Shown piece by piece: positions 50,301 to 62,247 of a stretch of 64,000 nt of DNA; position 1 is the first letter of the stretch; each line of letters begins with the position of its first letter. Both the position numbers and the translations under genes were made by a program. This DNA is from Hyphochytrium catenoides. Taxonomy: Eukaryota; Protista; Hyphochytriomycota. The notes beneath the pieces were generated by a model. That model ran no database searches. It had not been told where the DNA came from and saw only the letters and a program-made list of their open reading frames with translations. Location: positions 1 through 64,000 of the forward strand of contig FLMG01000284.1 in NCBI GenBank assembly GCA_900088475.1. The letters run 5' to 3'.

Positions 50301-52453
50301 ATTGCTACTGAAAATCTCTCTCTTATTCATTGCGTCTCCAGAAGATGATGGTCCTCTTCCTGCTTGCCTAGTCGTTGAGGTGGATCGTCCGCCCACCTCA
50401 GGAATTATTACTATACGATGAAGCTCAGCAAACTTCTTGTACAATGTTGAAGATGCCCAATCCAGCTCCCTCATTTTGATGGTCAGCCTCAACATTGAAC
50501 CGACCGCGTCCAATCTCTTGTCCTCCCCTCCTTTTTGACATGCAGTCGACAGACTGCCGTGATTATTGCTTGCTTAAAGGGCATACCGAGAGGTCTCTGT
50601 CTGTCCAATATTACTATGCTCTGTCAGGCTATGAAGCTGCTGCTGAGATGGGTGATGCTGGCACAGTAGTAGATGACTAGGCGCCAAAGCCGAAGCAGAG
50701 TCTCTGTAGAATCTTTTTTATCCCCATCCCTTGTCCCACCAGCGGGCTCAGCACCCAGATTGTGAGCCTTGCTGGCTCGTCTCTCAAAAGTTGTTGCAGC
50801 CAGGAGGTGGGAATGTAGGAACTAATGTCTAACTCATCATCTGGCGTACTTGGTAGCAAAGAGTGCTGTCTGATGATGGGCTTACTAATGGAACAAGCAG
50901 CATCCCAATGCATGAACGCACCACGCGTCATTGGCATTTGCTCCCAAACTGATGCTAGCTTGAGTGAGCTCAAGGTGTAGAAGACCAGGGTAATACCGAC
51001 CGACCTATACGTTGGCTTTCCATTTAGGATCAGGTCCTGGCGCAGTCCGACCGAGGGGTTATGCAAGCGAATGCAGTCGTTATTATCAAAAGTGTAGGCG
51101 CCAAAGTTATCTCATGATCGTGGGTTTGGCGATAATATGCAAGAAGAGGCTGGTATTTGCAAACATGAAGAAGAAGAGGCATGCAGAAGAAGGGACATGC
51201 AATCTCTTCATTATAATTGATGGTCTCAAGGCATGCTCTCATCATCTTAGCGAGACTAAGAGATGAAGGGGATGATGGTTCTCATTGTCATTGGAGTTTC
51301 ATCTCATCAAGGAGAGCCTTTATAGAAGCACCCAGAATCGAGGAGTGACGATGCTCAATGATGGCTATCCTGGGATAACACCTAGTAACATGCGCCGTGT
51401 AAACATTTGTAATAAGGGGAAGGGGGTGGCAACTTAGCAACCTTCATCAATTACTTCGACTCTTCTCCTTGCCTCTCGTTCATGAAAAGAGTGGAACTCT
51501 CCTTGCGAAGAAGAAGAATAGACTTGTCCACTTGAAGTCGGATGTTTGAACTATGAGAAAATTAATAAAAAACCTATGTCTGACTCTTTCAACTGCTGTC
51601 CCCGCTACAACTACCAGTAGTAAGCATTATAGTGCCGGCCGATGAGGCGGCAACAAATGCTACCTACCTATGGACGTGCTGCCTGCCTTATAATAATATT
51701 GCACGATAACAGACAGATTCTCTCTCTACAAGTAAAAGGAGGACCAGGTACATCTTGAAAAAGTCGCGGAGGTTGAGACATAAACAGGGAAGCATCTAAT
51801 TAATGAGGAGATTATCACTCTCGATGCATGAAGCTTACAGCGGCGGCCCAGTCATTCCGCATCAAAGCAAAGGAATGCCACAATGTAAGTTTGTGCCAGA
51901 CATTCATCACTGCACAAGACTCATGTTTGCAGAAGGATCATGGAGTCGGCATAGTGGGAAAGTAAGCAGTAAGCACTCGGCTGGATTGAGGAAGAGGGAG
52001 AGGAACAATCTTGCTGGAGCAGACTATGGCATCTGTTTCCTTGCCGTATCAGTCCACTCTTTTAACATGATGGATGCTCGATAACAACCTGATGGCTTGT
52101 ACGCCTTCTTTCATCCCTTATATTATCCCCCAGCTTGAAGCGTCGTCCTGACTTGCACTTACAACGTGCAGGACAACCTGACTGGCACATGCGCGTTGTC
52201 TGAATGAATATATTTAAAGATAAAAACGCCACAAAAAAGAATCCCCTTGTCCCTTGGGATCCTTCTTCCCTAATAAAAACTCCCACTTCCTCTCTCTCTC
52301 TCTACCACGCTTCTCCCACTACAAACACTACCTCAGCTTTGTCCTATTCATCTTGGCACCTCCTGCCATCATAAATATGTACAACCTCCCCGCGCCTCTC
52401 TGTTGCCCTTCACCATGACGATAGTCCAGCCCTTCTTTTAGTTTACATCATTC

Positions 52454-53466
52454 TTATGCCGTCGCTGCGACTGGTGCATTCTCTTTCTCGTTGTCTAGTG
52501 CTGCCTTCAGGTCGCTGAGATTCAGTGTCGAAGCCGAGTTCTCTTCTTCAGTGCTTGCCTTATCGCCTTTGGAAGGAGTCTCCTCATCCGCCTCATCTGC
52601 CGGCTCATCCGCCGCTTCCTCAGGCGAAAGCTTGATGTAAAGCGGCAAGCCAAAGCCTCCCTCACTGTTAGGGAATAGCCACTGCATGAACAGCAGGTAA
52701 GACCACCAGTCTAACGCTGTCACTCGATTGAAGATGGGTTTACCTTCTTCCAATTGTCTCGGAGTCGAATCTTCTCATTCTTTCTGTCAAGCTCCAGCAC
52801 TTCTGATTTCTCTAGCGCGTCCAGAAGTGTCTCCAGATCACTGTGTATATAGCATACTGCAGGAAAGTTGGCAACGAGTGCCACTGGGACGTAGCCTTCC
52901 ATGTCCATCCTCGCTCTGATGTAAGTGTCTCGGCAAAGGTTATCAGGGCTAAAGTAGAACTCCCTAATGCGTAACAAGAATCAGACAGATTGTCTCGGTA
53001 GCAAGACTATAAGGGCAAAGGCTCACATTTGCTGGACAGCATACTTTGCTGTTACAGTCAAGTCTGGGTGAACGTAGACACCATCCTGGACATAGCCTCC
53101 GAGGGCATCATACTGTCGTCCTCGCCGATTTCCATTTCTCCAATTGCCACCTCGCCCACGGCCGCGGCCACCACCACCGCCATTAACGTTGCGCCGACCG
53201 CCTCTATGGCTGTAGCCTCTCGTCCACCTCTTTTCGGTTGGCCCATCCTTGGGGGCCTCCGCCTCTTTTGCAATGTCAAGGGTAGACCAATTGGTCTTAC
53301 CTGCATTCATGACGGCGACATAAGTTCTTGTACTTCAAGCGGTCACCTCTAGTTCAACCTCTTACTTACCCCTCCTTTGCTGCTTGGCTTTAAGCTTATT
53401 CTCGTCCAGTGTTGCTACCTCCTCTGCTGGGACAAGGACAAACTTCTTTGCCGTGTCAGTTGCCAT
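52454..53466 (-). CDS. La-motif RNA-binding protein (short LARP1-like) with RGG region
   Basis: ATG 53466; spliced KQQRRG/KTNWSTLDI; RGG-rich GGRGRGRGG; La motif QQ/MEFYFSPDNLCRDTYIRARMDMEGYVPVALVANFPAV...SEVLEL...KIRLRDNWKK/W; acidic tail. Confidence 0.9.
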
Positions 53467-54421
53467 GTTGACGAGTTCAATTGCCTGTACAATTGTGCTG
53501 TCGACACTATAATTCAGTCTCGCCACAGCGCCCTCAGTGGTCAATAATGCAGTAAGCACTAATCTGCCGTTTGGGGAAGCTCAACTAAACCGATGATGAG
53601 CTCTGTTAGTCTCTGTGCTCCATCCAGCTCTTGATGTTTCACAAGCTTTGTGCGCTTGCCTTCGTTGCTTCATCGGATACCTTCGCCGCTTTCTTGTCAC
53701 AATTCAAGTTCCCCTGACATCTGTCTGTCACTCTGTCTCCTGCACCTGCCCCCACGCTCTCTCTCCCACCAGCCGTTCCTCCAGGTCAATGTGTCACCGG
53801 CGGAGATGCATCAACGCTTTTAACCTCTGTCTGTTAGTCAAAGTTAACATGTGACGTATCACCGGCGTCGCTCTAGCATCACGGGATAGCTGCAGCAGTC
53901 AAAATGGGTACAATTACTTGTGGAACCCAAGACGATATATAAGTATGGACGATATATAAGTATGGTAACGATCAACAGGTATACTTGATGTGAAGTCTCG
54001 CTCGTGATGAGTCAGCTCCTTAAGTGGCCAAGTAGGTAGAACTACATGTGTCTCTCAAGTTATAAATATGGGTTACGTAGGTAGACCCGGAAGTGCATAG
54101 AATAGTAAGTTCCCACAATGCATTATCATGGGATGATAGGATGCTGAGCTGAGAAGTTCAGAAGCCAGAGCAAAACTCCCTATCACGGGGGACATCTGGC
54201 TACCCCCAAAATGGGTGGGCTGCGGGGGCAGGAATCAGGCTCAGCCGTTCTGTACCAATCTTAGGTGTTGGGTCCCGAAGATGGGTGGGTGGTGTTTCGC
54301 CGCCTCGATGTTGATGACCAGACAGAACAGGAACTGGCCCTTCTCCCCTCTCCATCCCCTCCTCCCCATCGCCATACATATGAGAAATAGATATCCCGTA
54401 TTCAGCACTAATTGGAATAAA

Positions 54422-54650
54422 NNNNNNNNNNNNNNNNNNNNNNNNAGAGAGAGAGAAAGAGAGAATGCGAGAGAGAAAGAGAGAGAGAGAGAGGGGGAGG
54501 AGAGAGCGAAAGATAGATGAGAAAAGAGAGGGAGGAAGGAGAGAGAGTGGAAGTGGGGAAGAGAAAGGGAAGAGACAGGAGGACATGGAGGACGAAGGAG
54601 AGGAGAATGAAACGAAAAGAGGCCAAAAGTGGAAGAGAAGAGAGAGGGAA
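54422..54650. repeat. Assembly gap followed by an (AG)n-rich tract upstream of the TIR gene
   Basis: Ns at 54422-54445, then a purine-rich AG tract. Confidence 0.9.
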
Positions 54651-55077
54651 GCCCTCCCTTTTGCTGGGCTTCTCATGCTTCTGTTCTTCTTTTCCCTGAC
54701 TCTGTCAGCCCTTCTGTCAGTGCCCTGTACCGCTGCTTTTTGAGCATCCCTCCTTCCCTCCACACCGTTACCAGGGTGCGCCATTGTGTCGAGTCAGAGC
54801 GCCTTAGAGGAAGGATCAGGACAGAAGATAGCATCATCCCGCGGTGGCTGGCGGTACAAGTCGGTGCGGTCCTTGCTGAAGAACTTGGCTTCAGGACGCC
54901 CACATCAAAGATTCTGAAGCTTCAATGCGGTGGGGCTGCTAACAAACGCGGTCAACTTGCCTTCTCCAAGAGACCAGAGATGCCTGCAAAAGGACATATC
55001 TAAGGATCATCCAATCACATTGAGCTAGTTATTGTGAGGCGGGTCGAAGAAGTCCTCGAACTTCAGCCCACATTAAC

Positions 55078-58000
55078 ATGGACTTCACCCCGAAGGGCTC
55101 AACGCCGCTCCTCGATGAGGACAAGGAAGCACTTCCCAGGATCAGCCGGAGTCCCGCTTCGGCGGGTCGTGGTAAGTTTATCCATAGAGTAGAAAGCCTT
55201 TCACCGGGGTGTTAACCAACTGCCTCTGATGTACTCCTGCAGGACACGCTTCTGAGCGACTCATGGGTCACGGGTACGCACCACGCCCGAGTTCAGCAAA
55301 GAGTTCAGTGAGTGGTAAACTGGAGGGAGCTCATCGCGTGAGTCTGGCAGATGTGGTTGCATTATCATCATCGTCATCTGGGCTTTCACATGCCCAACAA
55401 GAATCCCACCTTCCTGCGCATGGCCCTGTTGGGGCGTCATCCATCACTCGACAGACTCACTCTGAACACGGCGATTCTATATATATCACCGGCTTAGATG
55501 GAGATCTCCCTCTCGATGGTAGCACTGACCAAAAGCGCTATGAACGTTCCACTAGAGACACGACGTTGAGGTTCGCTCCACCACAGCAGCTCCGTAAGTT
55601 TTAGACGCCCTTCTTGCCTTCGATGCCACACTTACTGAGCTACCCGCTGCAACTGAATATGGTCGCTGTACCTGCGTAGGTAAAGCGAAGCTGAAGTCGG
55701 GAAGGATGATGACGAATAGCTTCGTTGCAGCCTCCCTCCTCAAAATATCTCTAGTCATCTTGGTCATCGATGTTGTCTCACTTTATGTCGCCGTCAAGTA
55801 CACTTGGAAGGACCGCACGCGCAGTGTGGATGAGTGCACAAATTTTATCCGTTACTCAATGTTTGCAAGCTTTTGCGCGCCACTCAACATTATCATTGCG
55901 CTCTCAGCGACCGGGTTCTCGGTTTTCAAGTAGGTAGCCTCATAAGGGAAGGCGGCCGTTTAGTGCCCAACATGTCTTTCCTGACCTCAGCTTGTGGCGA
56001 GGACTGAAGTCACTCACCGTTGCTGCCGCGTTGATTCTGACAGGCTCTTTGAAAGACAACCAAACTCTACCAAGCTCAAAAGGAAGTTCTGGCTGAACCT
56101 TTGTGAGTTTGCAGTCACCATCCTGGTGGCATTATTTGTAAGCATATTTGTTTCTATTTGCTTCTAGGTAGTGTGGGCTCTCTGACTCTCGTCTGCAGAT
56201 GTTCTACATAATCTTCTTTCTCACGGTCGTGAGGATCATGATTCAGGAGAGCGATAGCTGTTTCGGGGAGAGTGGCATGCAGATGTTTGGGGATGTCGCG
56301 GTCATATGTTTATGCGTTCTAAAGATGCTACTCAGCTATTGGCAGCTGCAAATTTTTGATGTCTTTAGAAGGTCCGAGAACTCTCTTTTTTCTTTTCATT
56401 GCACTTTCTCCTCCGTTCTCAGTCCATGTCAGCGACCATCTCCCCTATCTTTACCCTTTTACTCCACGTTTAACACTCTAATTCTCTTGTCTCTCAAGGT
56501 TCCTTTGTTCCCTTTCAACCTTGTCTAGTTCATTCCTCGCGTCTGTCCGCCTTTTGTCCACATAGCTGTTAGGTGCAGCAAGTTAGCTAAATCGTTTCTG
56601 TCGACAGCCGATCCCGCGCGCAGCTCGGCACTTTTGACGAGCTGTCTCAGAGCAACTACACCAGCAAATGGATTCATCCTAATGCAAATAGTGTCGCAGA
56701 TCTTAGGAAGAAGCTGTACAAGGCCGTCAGGTACGAGGCTTAACTCATTAAGCTCAATTCCGAGTTCCTCAGGGTTGCTGACCAACTGTCTGCCGGGCGC
56801 AATTTGTTACTTCCGCGCTGCCCGCTACTGCGCAGCCTATGTGATACTCTGGAAGCGACCACACTTTTAATCAAAGCAAGAGATACCTACGGCACCGACT
56901 TCGTCAACCGAATCTTTGCCTCGCCCAGTTTAAGGTGAGAGCCACCATTAATCCAGTTGTCGGTATAGCGTTTCGCCTAGTGAGGCTAGAAACAAACTGC
57001 GTACCTTCTCTCTGCCCATTTATTCTACGTCGACCTGTCATTGTGCTTATATTGTTTCTCAATCACGTGCCATACGTATAGTTGTGGACTGTTCGCGGAG
57101 TCCAAGAAGAATCCAATGCATGTTGCTGCTGCGTCAGGAGACATCGAGATGCTAGAACTCCTAAAGAGTTACGGCTTTGACGTTAATGCAATGGATAAGG
57201 CAAGCTTAGTGCTGTTTCCACACGCATTCCGTTGGCACTTTTGTCGGCGTTTACATCCGTTCCTCTTTACCGATACTTTGCTCGTTACTACGCTATCTCC
57301 TTTCTTAAAGAAGATCCCCCAATAGGAGAGGTCATGTTTCCTAGACGGGAGTGATCATGTCCTGTTGTCTTGTGTCCTACTTATCTTTTAACTCCCCTAT
57401 CAGGTGGATAAAGTCCGCTTCAGTATCTCCGCTCTGTACGTGTCCTTCACCAATTGGATTACCTCTGGGGTCGGCTTCAATAAGGTGAAAGGGACGGGGA
57501 CGGGAAGCATTCGTTTACGCTCAACTTTGGTCTCACCGCTACACGTGGCGGTGGCTCGAGGGGTAAGTCATGACTCGCTATCCTGTTCAGTGCTAATGCG
57601 TTGCATCTGATAACGTTCGCGTTACGACTCTCTGTCCTTTATGGTGATATTTCTCCTGGGACAACGGCCTATGCTATGAGCAGAAGCTGGCGGCGGTTCG
57701 ATGGCTCGTGGAGAATGGAGCAGATGTAAACTGCCTCTCCATATCGTCGAAGTCTGCGGAGCGGGTGCCTCCTCTTTTTTACGCCGACGATACGCAGATC
57801 GCTCTGGCCCTACTGGCAGCTGGTATGGCCTGTGTAGAACTTCACTCTCTGTCTGGAAATTTTCCTAGTTATTTGTTGACAGCCATTAGAAGAGGCGTCG
57901 ATTTCCTGCTTCAGATCCTGCTAATGTCCGCGCTCTTTAGACTGACCTGATGTTTTAAACTGATAGATGCAAACGTCCTTTTGGTGCCAAACGTTGGCAG

Positions 58001-61000
58001 CTTCTCTTGCACAACGGTGCTGGAGTATCAGTATTATAAAGGGAACGACCAACTCTGCTCGTTATACAAGGAATGGGGAGGAGACATCTGCCTCACCCCT
58101 TTACATGCTGCTTCTGCTAAGAATGAGATAAGAACGATCGCCAAGCTGCTTAACGCAGGTATCGCCAAAGTCAAACGACACCGTATACACGGGCGAAAAC
58201 AAGTCGATGTTTAGTGTCCAACGCCTGCTGCCATAGTCTCTTCCTTCCCTTATCCTTTCCTCTCTTCTCAAGCAACGCTATACCTATCATTTTACCTGTT
58301 CTTCAGGTACTGCTGGCGAGCTTCAGTATGACTCAGCTTTACTCCTTTTAATTTTTTGTATTGCCGTACGCTGGCTCCTTTCAGGTGCAAGCGTCGATTG
58401 CCTCGGTGAACAGTATGAAGGGTTTCATCGGTTTACGCCGCTCCACTGGGCCGCTGTCAGTGGCAGTCATGATGCAGCACGTCTTCTTTTGGAGAGGGGG
58501 GCGGATGTCAATGCACGAGACGCAAGAGGTAGACGTGTTGAGCTCCACGTGTCCAGCATAAAAGCCATTTGTATGTAGGCGAACTAACGCAATAAACTGT
58601 CATTCGTAGGGCGGACCCCGTTGCACTGGGCCGCACGTCGGAACCGGGCCTCCATAGTAAAGCTCCTCATTAGTCTCGGAGCAGAGCCAGACGCCATTGA
58701 CAATAAGTGCGGAGTGCTCTTCATCTTTCTTGTCATCCTCTCAACAGATTGTTGCAGAGAGAGAGTGGTTTTATGTACTATTCTCCGCTACACTGCTGTC
58801 GGAGGCTGTCTTGTACCATGAAGACTTGGCTCTGTCTTTGTCCTATACACTAACCAGAGCTTGATTTTCAGGGATGATAGGCGGACTCCCATTCTCTTTG
58901 CTGCGGAGTTCGACGGCGTTGACAAGGAAGTTTTCTTGACTTTGAGGCAAGCAGGAGCCAATATTGACGCCAGGTGCATCTGCAGTAAAGCCCTCCCTTA
59001 AAAAACTATGCATTGTCGTTCATGGTCTTTGTCTTGGCCCCTGCTGCGTATCTTTGTCTGTGAAGAACTTAAATGCTGTGTGGCCCTCACGACCGATTTT
59101 CTGCAGACTGCCTAACGACGATACAGCGCTGCACGTGGCTGCCAAGCATGAAAACCTGAAGACTGCGCTTTCCCTTGTGAACTGTGACGCAGACGTCATG
59201 GCATCAAACCTGGAAGGAAAGAGGTAAACGTGTTGTCCGACCTGTCTAATGGGTTCTGTCATTGCTCTCCATGCCGCTAACCTGTAATGCTGTAGGGCCA
59301 TTGACTGCACCACGTCTACCGCTTTGGCATACGCAATCAAGCAGGAGGCTGGGGCTCGGGATGTCATGATTAGGTGAATCTGGCCGTTTATCTGTGTCAC
59401 CTATTGGCCTAGGTCTCATCCCTCCCTCTTCACCTTCTCTGTGCTTCCCCTTTGCAATTCGACCGTTAGCTATACACACTCGCATGCTGAGTTCGCTACA
59501 AAGGTAAGGAGCTATGCCCATCTCAGCATTTGTGTGTGAGGTTAATCGTACCTGTTATCGCCATAATACTGTCTTACTCTATACCTTTCTCCTCCATGCT
59601 TGGTCCGCCCTGAAGATTCACGATGAGCTGAAAAAGAACAATGTCACGGTCTGGATGGACAATATGAATCCGAGCGGTAAGACATATCTGAATCACAATA
59701 TGCTCACTTTGGTCCGCTATCTTTCTTGCTGCTGTAGACGTACGTATCCTCAGTATAATGAGTCTGGGAGACGTCTTCGATCTAGGGCAGACAAGGCTCG
59801 TATAATGATGTATGTGGCCACTCACTCTGAAACTCTTCCCTACAGGGATTGAAGGCGGTGCTGTATGGCGGGCATCCATCGCTCGGGGAATCTCTGAGGC
59901 GACCCTAGTCCTCTGTATCCTTTCTGAGGACTATCCGAGCAGCTCCTGGTGTTTGAAGGAGCTTGCCTTTGCAAAGAACTGTGAGAAGCCAATCTTGGCC
60001 ATCAGCTGTGAGGATGTCACAATTAATGACGAGTTGCAGGTAAATAGGTCAAAGAAAGCAACAGGCGAAGATAAAGAGGAACAAAGGGCAGAGCGGATTA
60101 CTCTCAGCAAACCCTAATTAGAACTTTCGGCGCACGTTATGTGAACTTCACTTCGATGAGTTTCCTGATTGACTCTATCACACGCGTTGCTCTTAAAGCT
60201 CTGTGATAGTTCTAAAACGAGAAGTCTTGCAAGCTGACGCCTTCTTTTGACTCGCTAACCTCTAAAACTGCTGGCCAGGTTTACCTCTANNNNNNNNNNN
60301 NNNNNNNNNNNNCTGGACGGCGTAAGGGACATGATCGAGACCTCCAGAGTGGCAAAGAAGGACCCGAAGCTCAAGGAGTCCGCTAAGAGCGAGACGTTGA
60401 TGAAGATGCTAGCAGAGATGAAGACGCAGCCGCGAGAGGGTAGGAAGGACAGGAGTTACAATCAGAGGAGAGATTCTCTTCGTTTGATGTTGGAGGCTTT
60501 TGTACGCCTCTTTCCTCTAAACCTTTCGCCCCTTCGGATTACCTGCTGACAAGCCATGACTCTCCGCACTAAAAGTTGCTCTTCGTTAGGAGGTTTCGTC
60601 TTCATCAGCAGCGGGGACTGTCATAATGAACTTGTTGCCGAGATGGTACAAGCCCTGGAAGCTCAGGACATCCCTTGTTATGTTGACTCCCGATATCTTT
60701 ACGGGTAAATATCTTCTACCTCTTACTTTGTTCTCTCGGCACTTGCACTCGAGCTCGGAAAATCTGGCTTTATATAGATTTGGAGCGAGACAATCTTTCT
60801 ACTTCTGTCGTCTCTCCATCTGTTGCTCTCTCTTGTGTCTTTCGCTCTTCTTATCCTTCTGGCCCACCTTTCCCCGCTTTTGATCCCAGGTCCATGCAAG
60901 TTCGGATGCAGAAGACAAAAGACTTCATCCTCCGCTGCTCCGCTTTTGTAGTGGTTCTTTCCCCCAAGACAGTGGGGCTAGATATCATTAGTGATCAGCT

Positions 61001-61847
61001 CGCTTTCGCGGAGGACAAGGGCAAATATGTGATCCCAGTCCTTTACTCAGACGTGCAGCTAGACTTCGGTAAGGACCCAGGAGAAGGGTGGGCTAGACTG
61101 CTACTAAGGAGCAGAATAGAGAGAGAGAGAGAGAGAAAGAGAGTACACGAGGGCCAAGAACGAGGGTCACTGACATTATGTATGTCGGTTTACAGCAAAA
61201 CTCTACTCCTTGTCACGGTCGAAATTTGTCCACTTTTGCCGCCACTTGGGCACCCGGGATAGCGTTGAAGACCTGATCTATACCGTGAAGATGGGTCCGA
61301 ACTCCAAACCATCGCAAGACCTGGGTCAGCCCCGTCCTCCTCGCTCTGGCGCGCCGTTTCTGCGCTCGGCGAGCTTCTCAAACTCTAGCGGCAGCTTGGT
61401 CTTCTCGAACTGGCCAACAGTGAACCCACCAACGGTTCCGCCGGCTGTGGAGCCAGGTAGGCAGGTAGCCCCACCAGTGTCGACGGCTCCGCTTTCAAGG
61501 ATGCCGAGTCGTCGGATGAGCAAGGGACACATTTTCACGATTGATGAGAGGTAAGCCTGACGCCAACGCCATAGACTTGAGCCGTAGCGTGTTACTGACC
61601 GCCACCCTCCTCTTGTCCCCAAACTTCTACTGCCGGCATCTTTGGACGACGCTCTCGACAACTTCCCAACGTGTTCAATGGGTCCCTCGTTCCCTTCTTC
61701 CAAATTCTTTTCTCTTCTCTCTCTCTCTACTTCTCTCTCTTCTCTCTCTCTCCTCGCTCTCTCTCTGTCTCTTCCCCGTTCTCGATGGGAATCTGATGCT
61801 GGGCCTGGCCTGGCAGTGGCGGAGACCTCATGCCATCTCTTCAATAG
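55078..61847 (+). CDS. Four-TM membrane protein - ~8 ankyrin repeats - TIR - TIR (TIR_2-like)
   Basis: ATG 55078. Hydrophobic helices LLKISLVILVIDVVSLYVAV, FASFCAPLNIIIALSATGF, FAVTILVALF/MFYIIFFLTVV, VAVICLCVLKMLLSYW. Ankyrins NPMHVAA, SPLHVAV, TPLHAAS, TPLHWAA x2, TPILFAA, TALHVAA. TIR1 DVMI/SYTHSHAEFATK/IHDELKKNNVTVWMD...LCILSEDYPSSSWCLKELAFA...KPIL. TIR2 FVFISSGD...IPCYVD...FVVVLSPKTVGLDIISDQLAFAEDKGKYVIPV. The last exon is uncertain (stop 61554 or 61847); an N gap lies at 60290-60312. Confidence 0.88.
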
Positions 61848-62247
61848 TGTCTGGTCTATGATTAAAGATCAGTCACCTTAGTTATCACGGATGTCCGTTT
61901 CGTTGTAGCTGGATTTTGGATAGGTTGCGAAGTTTTATTGGGTTTTGATGTCTAGTATTGCACTATTTAGAATCTACAATCAATCATCCTGAATGTACAA
62001 GCTTAGAGGTTGTCAAGTCCTCCCCCCTGATCGCTCTCCTCGCTCCTCTAGCCTTTGAAGCCCTTGAAGGGCTCTAGAACCTGTCTTCCCACTCTTTAGC
62101 TCCTGTTGCTGCTGCCATCGACCTTGGCAGCAAGAACGACACGCGCCAACCATCAAGATGCAATGCTAGTCAAAGGAGAGGAATGGTGAAGCCAGCGAGC
62201 CTAGATCTGAAGAGGTCGTCTAGAAGAGGAGCGCAAGGAGAGGTTTG

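Noticed and set aside
60290-60312. N runs (also 3075-3088, 6172-6177, 43353-43370, 54422-54445)
   Set aside because: Assembly gaps, not biology; they limit certainty of the TIR1-TIR2 linker and two other gene models.
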